Below, piece by piece: positions 1-8,591 of a stretch of 64,000 nt of DNA; within the stretch, counting starts at the first letter, position 1, and each line of letters begins with the position of its first letter. The DNA is from an uncultured Clostridia bacterium (GTDB lineage: Bacteria > Bacillota > Clostridia > Oscillospirales > Acutalibacteraceae): assembly GCA_947581635.1 (NCBI GenBank), contig CANPVE010000009.1, positions 15,158 to 79,157 on the forward strand, read 5' to 3'. A model generated the notes under the pieces. That model was not told the origin of the DNA and did not search any database. It saw only the letters and a list, made by a program, of their open reading frames with translations. Position numbers and translations under genes: made by a program.

Positions 1-63
1 ATATAAAACACCGCCGCATTGATTTGCAGCCATTAGTGATAAAGTCAATTCAAAAAACAAGAC

Positions 64-90
64 AGCCGAATCTTTCAGCTTCGGCTTTTT
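64..90. terminator. hairpin plus T-tract downstream of rpsL (usable on both strands)
   Basis: AGCCGAA (64-70) pairs with TTCGGCT (80-86), giving a 7-bp stem and 9-nt loop. TTTT follows on the + strand, and GTCTTGTTTTTT follows on the - strand. rpsG would normally follow rpsL, so this may be an attenuator rather than a full stop. Confidence 0.45.
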
Positions 91-101
91 AAAGAAGCTG
101 A

Positions 102-527
102 TTACTTCTTTGCGCCTGCCTTCGGGCGCTTTGCACCGTACTTGGAGCGAGCCTGCATTCTCTTGGCAACGCCCTGAGCGTCCAAAGTGCCTCTGACGAT
201 GTGGTAACGCACACCGGGGAGATCCTTAACACGGCCGCCGCGGATAAGCACAACGCTGTGCTCCTGAAGGTTGTGACCTTCACCGGGAATGTAAGCTGTA
301 ACTTCGATGCCGTTGGAAAGACGAACTCTGGCGATCTTACGGAGAGCTGAGTTAGGCTTCTTGGGTGTAGCAGTCTTTACAGATGTACACACACCGCGCT
401 TTTGAGGAGAATTCTGATCGGTCATAATTCTCTTCTTGGTGTTGAGACCTTTCAAGAGAGCAGGCGCCTTAGCCTTCTTCTCCACGTCCTGACGTCCTTT
501 TCTAACGAGCTGGTTAAATGTTGGCAT
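102..527 (-). CDS. rpsL: 30S ribosomal protein S12
   Basis: 141-aa ORF beginning [12 protein letters not shown]. It carries the invariant S12 blocks [25 protein letters not shown] and [17 protein letters not shown]. An SD GGAGG lies 8 nt upstream of the ATG. Confidence 0.98.
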   Translation of the reverse strand: MPTFNQLVRKGRQDVEKKAKAPALLKGLNTKKRIMTDQNSPQKRGVCTSVKTATPKKPNSALRKIARVRLSNGIEVTAYIPGEGHNLQEHSVVLIRGGRVKDLPGVRYHIVRGTLDAQGVAKRMQARSKYGAKRPKAGAKK

Positions 528-723
528 TCATCTCACCTCCATACGCAATTAATTAAAAATAAAAATAAAAATTTATGTCAAGGCACTTCTACAGTGCCGC
601 GACAACAAGTCGATAAGCGCCGAATTACGTCATTCGGCACAAAATCATTCCGCATACAGATATAAAAATATATCAATTAACAAATTTAAAATAAATTTAC
701 ATTTGTATACGTCACAGTTTTTG

Positions 724-753
724 ATTATAGCACACTTATAGGCATTTTGTCAA
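724..753 (-). promoter_or_regulatory. sigma-70-type promoter for rpsL
   Basis: The minus strand reads TTGACA (753-748), an 18-nt spacer, then TATAAT (729-724). This implies a ~190-nt leader containing two small hairpins (GGCAC..GTGCC and GCCGAAT..ATTCGGC). Confidence 0.6.
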
Positions 754-786
754 GCCAAAAATTTGAAATAATCAGGGCAACGACGC

Positions 787-857
787 TTAAAAATAATTAG
801 CGAAGCGTGGGAGTCCAGGGGGATAATTCCTCCTGGCAGGTCAAGGGCAGCGCCATT
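787..857 (+). repeat. head module of the intergenic repeat family (copy 1)
   Basis: TTAAAAATAATTAGCGAAGCGTGGGAGTCCAG...GCAGCGCCATTGCGGAG. Both ends recur at 5913-5945 (same orientation) and at 7722-7809 (reverse complement). Confidence 0.75.
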
Positions 858-1127
858 GCGGAGTGTGAGGCAGAGCCTCACAAGCGAAGCCGCAGGCTGA
901 GCGGGCAAAGCGCACTGAGACTAAAGAACCGCTATGGCGAACACAGAGCGGAGGGTGAGGCAGAGCCTCACAAGCGAAGCCGCAGGCTGAGCGGGCAAAA
1001 CGCACTTAGACTAAAGAACCGCTACGGCGAACACAGAGCGGAGTGTGAGGCAAAGCCCACAAGCGAAGCCGCAGTCTGAGCGGGCAAAGCGCACTAAGAC
1101 TAAGGAACCGCTACGGCGAACACAGAG
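858..1127 (+). repeat. tandem repeat, 3 x 90 bp, each unit with a hairpin
   Basis: Units start at 858, 948 and 1038 (GCGGAG[T/G]GTGAGGCAGAGCCTCACAAGCGAAGCCGCAGGCTGAGCGGGCAAAGCGCACTGAGACTAAAGAACCGCTATGGCGAACACAGA). Units 1 and 2 differ at a few positions. Unit 3 has a 1-nt deletion that degrades its hairpin. The hairpin is TGTGAGGC-AGA-GCCTCACA at 864-882. Confidence 0.9.
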
Positions 1128-1190
1128 CAGGCAACCGTTTTTCGATTGCAAAAAAGTAAACGCTGTAGATCCATTAAAATGAGCAGAAAA

Positions 1191-3698
1191 TTAATCCACC
1201 AGTGAGGCAAATTCCTCAACCGCCTTCCGATTGAGCTCCTCCGCGTTGAATTCATACTCCGCCTTGAACTTTCCGTCCGCGAATGCTTTCATCGCCTTGT
1301 ATAAAGCGTCGGCAGAATGTCCCACCACGAGTTGCCCGTGCGGCAGGCATACCGAAGCGGCCGTGCTGAATTTGCTCATGATAATGGCAAGCCCCAGCGC
1401 CCTGGCTTCATATATCACCATAGGCATACCCTCGTAATGTGAGGGCAGCAGGAAACAATCGCACTTCTGCATTATGCCAAAGGGATTGTCGAGTTGTCCC
1501 GTGAGAATAACTTTATCCTCAAGCCCCAGAGCCGCTATTTTCTCCTCACACGCTCCGCGCAGTTCACCATCGCCTATGATGTAAAGCCGACACCTATCGT
1601 TCTCGCGGCTCAGTACGGCAAAGCCTTCAATCAGTGCGATATGATTTTTTTCGGGCGAAAATCTCCCCATGGTCACAAAATTGATGTTGTCCGCACTCGG
1701 CTCGGCAATTCTTTTTTCTCCTGAGGTTTCGGGGCAATCCACAAACTCACCATTCAAATATACGGAATTTTCCGCACACCTGCGGACCCTGTCAACATTC
1801 AGCGGATTTGTGGAGAATGTAAATTTATCGTACGTTTCGGCCGTGGCGAGATTTTTGCGATTGACTTCCATTGCGCCCTCAGAGCAGGAAACCACTCTGT
1901 CGAAATAACTGTAGAGCGTCAGCAACGCCTCCAGAGTGGTAGCGCTTTTACGTCGATACGCCCTTGTGCGGCGCTTGGCCTTATTGTTCAAATCGCGGTA
2001 CAAATCGTTGTGCTGCCATATAATTCTCCTCGCGCCATGACACTGCATGATTGTCAACGGCTGGGTCACCCCGTAACCTGAATAATCGATCACCGCGTCA
2101 AATTTTGAATTGCCGAAGCAGCGCGTATAATTTCGCTTATAGGGACCGTCCTTCAAAAGTTCACTGTAAAGATCAGTGTCAATGCCGTGCTTTATAATCC
2201 TGCTGTGCCGCAAAAGCTCGTCCACCCCAAACGGAATCTGGCCGCAGCGGCAGAGCACACGCACATTCTCATTGACCTTCATAATATTCGGCATACTGCG
2301 TTCATCATCGACAATCAGCAAAGTTACGTCATATTTGCCGTAATCAATTAAATTGAGCAGCGTGAGCAGCGTCGTGGTGACACCGTTCATGGCGAAGCTG
2401 CCGCCATTTATAAGCAGCTTTTTCCTGTCGTTTGAAATATTGTCAACCAGGCGGCAGTTGGATTCATCGCCGTGAAACACGGCAGAAATCACGCGTTGCG
2501 ACACCTTACCGTCGTCGAATTCGCAGGACCACGCTTTCATCTTGTCATACTCTGCGGCGTGCCTTCCGCGAAGGTTCTCCGACTCGTTTATCCACGCTGC
2601 AATGTCGCCCATATCGCGGGAACACGGACCGGGCAGCTCTTCAATGCCGAAGTAAACGCCTCGCTGCTCCATATATCTGTCAGTATCGGGAATATAAAAA
2701 ATTACGGGGCGGTCGGTGATGAGAAAGTCGAAAAACAGGCTGGAATAATCCGAAACCAACACGTCAGTTATCGAGAGAAGCTCATCGGTATCAACGCACT
2801 GCGACACATACCTGCCGCTTTCGCGCTCCTCTCTGCTGAGCTGTTTGTAAACTGCAGGGTGGGGCTTTATCAAAATCTGATATTTTTCAGTATCTATGTG
2901 ATGGTTCAAATAATCACAGAATTCATCGTAACGGGCAATATCATTTTCAGCCTTGTCAACGTCTCCACCAACGCCCTTCCAAGTCGGAGCATATAGAATT
3001 ATCTTTTTACCGTCGTCTATAACCGTGCCGCGCCTGGCGAGCTTGTCCACAATGTAATCTCTGTCGGTGTGAAGTATTAAATCGCCGCGCGGGTGTCCAC
3101 ATTCGGTGATTTTGCCCTCGTAAATTCCGCGCAGCTTGTAAGAGTCCAAAAATATTCCCGTAGTGAATCGGCAGGGCGAGATTATATAGTCGGCCTGCAA
3201 GAAATTGCGCACAGTATTGCGCACGCTGTATTTGCCGTCAGGCGTATCATAGCCCAGAGTTTTAAGGGGAATCCCATGCCATGTATTGATATAAACCTGC
3301 TCCGGCTTTTTAGTAAAGTAAAAGGGCAGCGTGACGTTATTCACAATGTATTTTGCCGATGTGAGAGCGTCAAAATATTCCCCGCTGTTTTTGCCGACAA
3401 ATTTTACATTATCATACGCGGCATACTCCTCAGCGAGCAGAGCGCGTTCAGTCGGGTCGTTTATCTGCCAGACGTGGGTGTATTTTCCAAAGTCATCCGA
3501 TTGCATGAGCGCCCTGAATATGGCGTAAGGGCTGCAAATCATACCCGAGCCGTAGTGCGAACAGTAGAAGATCATATTTTCGTCAATGTCATTTTTCCTG
3601 TAATATCGCACATACTGCGCGCCCAACGCGACGGTAGCTGCACTGCCCGCGCTTTTTTTAATTTTGCTCACAAGGCTCAAGACAACATCTCCCAACAA
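1191..3698 (-). CDS. bifunctional teichoic-acid-type enzyme: CDP-glycerol/ribitol glycerophosphotransferase (TagB/TagF family) fused to a GT4 glycosyltransferase
   Basis: The N-terminal half shows Glyphos_transf hallmarks (YAPTWKG, IKPHP, DVLVSDYSSLFFDFLITDRPVIFYIPD). The C-terminal half is GT4-like (GRFSPEKNH, LYIIGDGELR, LLPSHYEGMPMVIYEARALG). Confidence 0.85.
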   Translation of the reverse strand: MLGDVVLSLVSKIKKSAGSAATVALGAQYVRYYRKNDIDENMIFYCSHYGSGMICSPYAIFRALMQSDDFGKYTHVWQINDPTERALLAEEYAAYDNVKFVGKNSGEYFDALTSAKYIVNNVTLPFYFTKKPEQVYINTWHGIPLKTLGYDTPDGKYSVRNTVRNFLQADYIISPCRFTTGIFLDSYKLRGIYEGKITECGHPRGDLILHTDRDYIVDKLARRGTVIDDGKKIILYAPTWKGVGGDVDKAENDIARYDEFCDYLNHHIDTEKYQILIKPHPAVYKQLSREERESGRYVSQCVDTDELLSITDVLVSDYSSLFFDFLITDRPVIFYIPDTDRYMEQRGVYFGIEELPGPCSRDMGDIAAWINESENLRGRHAAEYDKMKAWSCEFDDGKVSQRVISAVFHGDESNCRLVDNISNDRKKLLINGGSFAMNGVTTTLLTLLNLIDYGKYDVTLLIVDDERSMPNIMKVNENVRVLCRCGQIPFGVDELLRHSRIIKHGIDTDLYSELLKDGPYKRNYTRCFGNSKFDAVIDYSGYGVTQPLTIMQCHGARRIIWQHNDLYRDLNNKAKRRTRAYRRKSATTLEALLTLYSYFDRVVSCSEGAMEVNRKNLATAETYDKFTFSTNPLNVDRVRRCAENSVYLNGEFVDCPETSGEKRIAEPSADNINFVTMGRFSPEKNHIALIEGFAVLSRENDRCRLYIIGDGELRGACEEKIAALGLEDKVILTGQLDNPFGIMQKCDCFLLPSHYEGMPMVIYEARALGLAIIMSKFSTAASVCLPHGQLVVGHSADALYKAMKAFADGKFKAEYEFNAEELNRKAVEEFASLVD

Positions 3699-3707
3699 AA
3701 ATTCAAA

Positions 3708-4565
3708 TCAAAAATGGTGCTTGATAACGCGCTTTTCAGGCGGCGGAGGGGTCATATAATCGCCGTATATCGTAGTAAGTATCAAATCGGTATCCTGCGG
3801 CACGGGAAACATTCCGTCCTCAAATTGCACCCGCACAGGCTCTCCGAATGCTGACTTCGGGAAGGTCTCCTTCTGCACCTTGTAGTAACTGGCAAGGCAC
3901 ACAATGTATTGATTGTCGGGGCTGTTGTATTTTACATAATTTTTATTTATCCACTTAAACAGCAAATTCCTCGACACAAAATGTGAGGCAAACCTCAACA
4001 CTTTTTTTTGCAGCGTATCGTCCTCGGCGGTTTTCATCTTCTGCGAGAGCGTCCCGCGCAGAATTCTCATCATGGTTCCCTGCACAGTCTGCCTGAATGA
4101 CGAGAGTTCAGGCACATTGTCCAGCGGGAATATATCTATCATGGGGCCGTTGTTGGGCGTGACGTGAGCGATGTGCGACTGACGGAATTTAGGGTCGTCG
4201 GTGATAAGTCTGACCTTAAGTAATGGGGTCCAGCAATTTTCCATTGTGGTATAATGCTGAATCTCATAGCGCTCGCCCATAGCCTCGGGCGCGATCCGCA
4301 AAAAGCGCTCGTAATCGTCGCGCATCATAAGCAAATCAATGTCGTCGTCCCACGGAATAAAGCCTTTGTGCCGCACGGCTCCGAGCATAGTTCCCTCGCC
4401 CAGATAATACGGTATATTGTACTCGGCGCATACGGCGTCGATATCCTTTAGCATTGCAAGGGTGATCTGCTGCAATTCTCTGACAAGCCGCATAGCCTCC
4501 TGCTGTGAACGCCCGTCTACAGATGTATTTTTGTCGTCGCCCATAAAAATCAATTCCTTTATCAA
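3708..4565 (-). CDS. licD: LicD-family phosphotransferase
   Basis: Contains LGEGTMLGAVRHKGFIPWDDDIDLLM, the typical LicD nucleotidyltransferase-fold motif. It lies 9 nt upstream of the TagF-like gene, so the two are probably in one operon. Confidence 0.85.
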   Translation of the reverse strand: MIKELIFMGDDKNTSVDGRSQQEAMRLVRELQQITLAMLKDIDAVCAEYNIPYYLGEGTMLGAVRHKGFIPWDDDIDLLMMRDDYERFLRIAPEAMGERYEIQHYTTMENCWTPLLKVRLITDDPKFRQSHIAHVTPNNGPMIDIFPLDNVPELSSFRQTVQGTMMRILRGTLSQKMKTAEDDTLQKKVLRFASHFVSRNLLFKWINKNYVKYNSPDNQYIVCLASYYKVQKETFPKSAFGEPVRVQFEDGMFPVPQDTDLILTTIYGDYMTPPPPEKRVIKHHF

Positions 4566-4598
4566 AAAAATAGATTATAATTCGCAATTTATGCGTTC

Positions 4599-5879
4599 TC
4601 AGCCCTCTTCGTGATCCCTGTTCCATATGGACCACTTTGAGTTGCCATCGGTCGCCATAAAATAATATTCGCGCACCTGCGTGCCGAACTGATCGCTGTC
4701 TGCCTCGCAGTCAAAATAGTAAAACATTCCGTTTAGCTTAATTCTGTTCCAGTAATGCAATATATCGCGCCTAAATTCCGTGTCGGAATTCAGCACAAAT
4801 CTCCCCTTAACCATATCGCAGTCATAGCCCGCCGCGTTACAAAGCGCCTGAAAAAGCGCTGCGTAGTGGCGGCTGTCCCCCGACTTGGAGTCGAAGTAAT
4901 ATTTGAGCAAAGTGAGACTGTCGTCGCTGTTGTTCCTGACGTTGTCATAGCGCATATTCCTGCCGACGTAATAATATATAGCCCAAAGCCGTTCGTTATC
5001 GCTCATATCGTCTGTTATTATTTCCTCAATTATCGCCTTCAATCGGTCGTTTATCTCGCCGCTGTTGGTATAGACAGGTTCCTTGGCCGTGCTGTGCGAT
5101 ATCTGAGCGCTGCCGGTCAGCCCCCCCTCGTCGTCCAGACCGCCAAAGGCGTCCTTTATGAGCGCGCTTATTTCCTCGTCAGTAACCTGCACCTTGGATT
5201 TTTCGTTGTACTCGCTGTAGCTGCGCTCGTCGAGGAATATTTCCTCCATGTCGTCCACATCGCCGGAAGAACCTCTAGAAACAAAATAATACGCGCCGAA
5301 TATCCCTCCGCCTATCACACCCAGGACGAGGATCGCTGTGAGCACCATCTTGGCTATATCGCCCGCGCCCATATAACTGAGATCCGACACGGCTTGGTCA
5401 GCGAGCACAGAGAGAAGCGATGATTTTCCGGGTACGGGTACAAGTCTCCACGGATCGATGTCCACCGTGCGGTTTATTCTCCGCCAGAGATCTTCCTTTT
5501 CATCAGGGCTAAGGACGTCTGCGGCGTCTTGGAGCGTCTTTTCATGAATAAGCGATATTCTCTGCTTGCGCGCCAGATAGCGCATGGTGCGGTCCACCTG
5601 CTTGCGCTGCCAATGTTCTACGCTGGGAGCGGTGCGAAGAGTACCTATTTCAAAATACATATCTATGTATGCCTCTCGGCTCACGATAAGCGCGTCATTG
5701 TGATTGAGACACAATTCAAAGGCATAACCGAAAACTCTGTCGCATGTTCTGTTGTAAAGCTGCAAAAAAGTCTCGCGCTTTTTCTGATATTTCTTTCTGT
5801 TTGCCAAACGCGCCAAAAAAATCACCGCCCATTTGTCATTCCGGTAATTCAGTATAACAAATAGGGCGGTGAAATACAA
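4599..5879 (-). CDS. membrane protein: ECF-sigma region-2-like N-terminus, TM helix, C-terminal transglutaminase-like domain
   Basis: RETFLQLYNRTCDRVFGYAFELCLNHNDALIVSREAY fits the sigma-70 region-2 pattern (F..LY....V..YA....N..DA). One TM is present (MVLTAILVLGVIGGGIFGAYYF). The C-terminal region GDSRHYAALFQALCNAAGYD...HYWNRIKL...FDCEAD resembles a transglutaminase core. The start is uncertain; a TTG 60 nt downstream is possible. Confidence 0.6.
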   Translation of the reverse strand: MYFTALFVILNYRNDKWAVIFLARLANRKKYQKKRETFLQLYNRTCDRVFGYAFELCLNHNDALIVSREAYIDMYFEIGTLRTAPSVEHWQRKQVDRTMRYLARKQRISLIHEKTLQDAADVLSPDEKEDLWRRINRTVDIDPWRLVPVPGKSSLLSVLADQAVSDLSYMGAGDIAKMVLTAILVLGVIGGGIFGAYYFVSRGSSGDVDDMEEIFLDERSYSEYNEKSKVQVTDEEISALIKDAFGGLDDEGGLTGSAQISHSTAKEPVYTNSGEINDRLKAIIEEIITDDMSDNERLWAIYYYVGRNMRYDNVRNNSDDSLTLLKYYFDSKSGDSRHYAALFQALCNAAGYDCDMVKGRFVLNSDTEFRRDILHYWNRIKLNGMFYYFDCEADSDQFGTQVREYYFMATDGNSKWSIWNRDHEEG

Positions 5880-5912
5880 GTATTTAATTGTTACATTTCA
5901 AGGCAGCAACAT

Positions 5913-6010
5913 TTAAAAATAATAGTCGAAGCGCGGGAATCCAACGGTCGCACAATAGTGCTTTGCATATAGAGCCTCACATCACATTTTGAATGCGAAA
6001 ACGCGTGAGG
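5913..6010 (+). repeat. intergenic repeat family, short copy (head plus half hairpin)
   Basis: TTAAAAATAATAGTCGAAGCGCGGGAATCCA matches 787-817. GTGCTTTGCAT is shared with the copy at 7722-7809. AGAGCCTCACA is shared with the 90-bp unit. It also contains CCTCAC...GTGAGG pairing (5975-6010). Confidence 0.7.
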
Positions 6011-6011
6011 T

Positions 6012-7529
6012 TCAGTCCTTAATCGCAAGACGCTTCTCGACCTGCGCTATAAGCACTTCGAGAGCGCGGAGCCTCGCGTATTTCTTGTCGTTGGATTCAA
6101 TGATTATCCAAGGCGCGTCGGGCGTATTCGTCCTAGCTATCATCTCATCAACCGCCGTCTCATAATCCGCCCACTTGGAGCGGTTGCGCCAGTCCTCGTC
6201 GGTGATTTTCCACTGCTTGGAAGGAGTATTCTGCCGCGCCGTGAACCTGACAAGCTGCTCGTCGCTGTCGATGTGCAGCCAGAATTTCACCACAACCGCG
6301 CCTGCGCTCGTCAAACTGTATTCAAAGCGGTTTATCTCGTCATAAGCTTGCCGCCATTGAGCTTCTGTGGCCAATCCTTCTATGCGCTCCACAAGGACGC
6401 GTCCATACCACGTTCGGTCAAATATTGCGGTGTGACCGTCCTTGGGCAGCGAGCGCCAAAATCTCCACAAAAAGTGTCTGTTCTTCTCCTCGGGCGTTGG
6501 TGCGCCTATCGGTATAACCTCGTAGCCGCGCGGGTCAAGCGCCTGTGTAACGCGCCTGATATTGCCGCCCTTGCCCGCCGCGTCCCAGCCCTCGTAGGCT
6601 ATGATAAGCGGTATTCTGCGGCGATAAAGCTCGTTTTGGAGCACAAAAAGTCTGTCCTGCAAGGCGCTAAGTCGTTTCTTATAGCTGCTGTTGCTCTCGA
6701 CCTTGAGCGAAAGGTCAACATCTCTGAGGCTAACCGAGACCTGCGGCTTTACCGGCGCGTGTACAGCGGGACCTTCGGGATTTATGGCAAGACCTCTGCT
6801 TTTCTGCTCCAACGCCCGCTCCATGGCCGAGATGACGATCGAGTATATGTTAGAGGCGGCAATGTCCCTGTCGGAAGTGTTTACGACGTGCCAAGGCGCA
6901 TTCTCCGTGTTGGTTCTGTCGAGAAGCTCACAAAGCAGGCGGTAGACCTTTATATAATTTTCGTTTTGTTTTATGTCAGACTTCTTTACTCTCCATGATG
7001 TAGACTTGACGGATTTCAACTTATCAAAGCGTCTCTTCTGTTCGTCGGATGAAATGTGCAGGAAAATTTTTATGAGCAGATAACCCTCGGAGGTAAGCTG
7101 AGATTCAAAATCAAGTATATTGTAAATCTTGCCATCGTCCTCGGCTTTCAGCTTTTTGCCGTCCTTGAAGTCGATACACCTGTACCAGCTTCTGTCGAAT
7201 ATAGCGATTTTTCCGTTTGCGGGGATATTGAGCCAATATCTGTGCATAACAGGGTATCTTCTCTCCTCGTCGGTGGGCTTGGCCATAGTGCGCACCTTAA
7301 ATCCGCGGGGATCAAGCGCGCTGATAAGGCGGGATATCATCGAACCTTTGCCCGAAGCGCTCCAGCCCTCAAACACGATGACGGTTGGAATTCCCGCCTC
7401 CTGCATCTCGCGCTGAAGTTCTCCAAGCCGCGCCTCCATTTCATCCTGCGTGCGGAAAACATTAGCGTTGCTCTCTTCTATACACTTAGCAAATATATCA
7501 AACATTACGGATATATCCTCCCAATTCAT
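6012..7529 (-). CDS. ppk2: two-domain polyphosphate kinase 2 (polyphosphate:AMP/nucleotide phosphotransferase type)
   Basis: Two tandem PPK2 modules. The Walker A-like motifs are FEGWSASGKGS and YEGWDAAGKGG. Each is followed by LDPRG(F/Y) and FDR(S/T)WY. Confidence 0.9.
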   Translation of the reverse strand: MNWEDISVMFDIFAKCIEESNANVFRTQDEMEARLGELQREMQEAGIPTVIVFEGWSASGKGSMISRLISALDPRGFKVRTMAKPTDEERRYPVMHRYWLNIPANGKIAIFDRSWYRCIDFKDGKKLKAEDDGKIYNILDFESQLTSEGYLLIKIFLHISSDEQKRRFDKLKSVKSTSWRVKKSDIKQNENYIKVYRLLCELLDRTNTENAPWHVVNTSDRDIAASNIYSIVISAMERALEQKSRGLAINPEGPAVHAPVKPQVSVSLRDVDLSLKVESNSSYKKRLSALQDRLFVLQNELYRRRIPLIIAYEGWDAAGKGGNIRRVTQALDPRGYEVIPIGAPTPEEKNRHFLWRFWRSLPKDGHTAIFDRTWYGRVLVERIEGLATEAQWRQAYDEINRFEYSLTSAGAVVVKFWLHIDSDEQLVRFTARQNTPSKQWKITDEDWRNRSKWADYETAVDEMIARTNTPDAPWIIIESNDKKYARLRALEVLIAQVEKRLAIKD

Positions 7530-7721
7530 TTATTTTTTGCACAGTGTGCCTCTCTACATATTATAGACAAATCTTCCCACATAATCAACATAAATTTGTT
7601 AAAATTATAGCTTACAGTTAATAATACAAAGTCAGAAAATATTTGATAAAAATAGTTAATTTATTCTGTATTGGTCTAAATTGCTTCTTAACATCAATAC
7701 ATTTTTCCTCTCAGCTTGCGA

Positions 7722-7809
7722 CCTCACTCTCCGCAATGGGCGCTGCTCCCGATTTGCCAAGAAATGCAAAGCACCCACTGGACTCTCACGCTCCGCTAAT
7801 TATTTTAAA
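7722..7809 (-). repeat. intergenic repeat family, head module (reverse orientation)
   Basis: The reverse complement reads TTTAAAATAATTAGCGGAGCGTGAGAGTCCAG...GCAGCGCCCATTGCGGAGAGTGAGG. This is collinear with 787-870. Confidence 0.75.
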
Positions 7810-7840
7810 TGCCGTTGCCCTGTATCAATAATACGGGATA

Positions 7841-7869
7841 TTGCAAAACACAAATTAATCTGATATAAT
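7841..7869 (+). promoter_or_regulatory. sigma-70-type promoter for queH
   Basis: TTGCAA (7841-7846), a 17-nt spacer, then an extended -10 TGATATAAT (7861-7869). Confidence 0.6.
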
Positions 7870-7907
7870 AAAGCCAATCTTGATATGGAAATCGGTGGAG
7901 TTTCAAA

Positions 7908-8582
7908 GTGGCAGATACCGCGAATACTAAAAAAAACAAATCGCAAAGGATAAATTATCAGCTTGAATGTGAGAATGAGATTAGGGCAAACTCGGGGCGC
8001 GTACCCAGACTGTTGCTGCATAGTTGCTGTGCTCCGTGCAGCAGTTATGTGCTTGAATACCTCACCAATTATTTTGACGTGACTGTGTTGTATTACAATC
8101 CAAACATCACTCCGTCAGAGGAATACGCCAAGCGCGTGGCTGAGCTGAAGCGCCTGATTGCGGAAGCGTCATATCCAAATCCCGTGAAACTTATCGAGGG
8201 GAGGTATGACAGCCGTGAGTTTTTTGAAATCGCCAAGGGGCTGGAGCATCTGCCCGAAGGCAGCGAGCGCTGCTTCAAATGCTACAGATTGAGACTTGAA
8301 GAATCGGCGCGAACGGCAGCCAAGGGGGATTATGAATACTTCACCACCACCCTTAGCGTCAGCCCCTACAAAAACGCTGCCAAACTCAACGCTATAGGCA
8401 GAGAGCTATCGGAAAAATACGGAGTGAAATATCTTTACTCCGACTTCAAGAAGAAAGACGGCTACAAGAGATCGATAGAGCTTTCGGCGCAATACGGACT
8501 TTACCGCCAAAATTACTGCGGCTGCATATATTCGGCCATGGCCGCCGCGCAAAAACTAAAAAACGATCAAACGAGAGAATGA
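7908..8582 (+). CDS. queH: epoxyqueuosine reductase QueH (DUF208)
   Basis: Contains LLLHSCCAPCSSYVLEYL, YYNPNI, CFKCYRLRLEE, TTTLSVSPYK and QNYCGC. GTG start with an SD GGTGGAG 8 nt upstream. Confidence 0.9.
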   Translation: MADTANTKKNKSQRINYQLECENEIRANSGRVPRLLLHSCCAPCSSYVLEYLTNYFDVTVLYYNPNITPSEEYAKRVAELKRLIAEASYPNPVKLIEGRYDSREFFEIAKGLEHLPEGSERCFKCYRLRLEESARTAAKGDYEYFTTTLSVSPYKNAAKLNAIGRELSEKYGVKYLYSDFKKKDGYKRSIELSAQYGLYRQNYCGCIYSAMAAAQKLKNDQTRE

Positions 8583-8591
8583 TTTTAATTT

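Noticed and set aside
1-101. Missing rpsG after rpsL, as a possible rearrangement
   Set aside because: The window ends 101 nt beyond the rpsL stop, so rpsG may simply lie off-window. The hairpin at 64-86 may be an internal attenuator.
807-1079. 90-aa ORF running through the tandem repeats (AECEAEPHKRSRRLSGQSALRLKNRYGEHR repeated)
   Set aside because: It is simply the translation of the 90-bp DNA repeat, whose period is a multiple of 3. It has a GTG start without an SD. The frame breaks at the 1-nt deletion in unit 3. Related copies elsewhere are fragmentary and occur in both orientations in intergenic DNA.
858-1127. CRISPR array interpretation of the 90-bp repeats
   Set aside because: The units are directly abutting, with no unique spacers. 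The period is far longer than CRISPR repeats. There are no cas genes in the window.
1131-1190. Terminator for the tagF-like gene (GCAACCG-TTTTT-CGATTGC hairpin)
   Set aside because: On the minus strand the U-run precedes the stem rather than following it. On the + strand the stem is followed by an A-run. It does not fit an intrinsic terminator in the required orientation.
7830-7907. preQ1 riboswitch upstream of queH
   Set aside because: The leader after the predicted promoter is only ~30 nt. It lacks the preQ1-I consensus (the CCCTC...TAAAAAACTA-like core).
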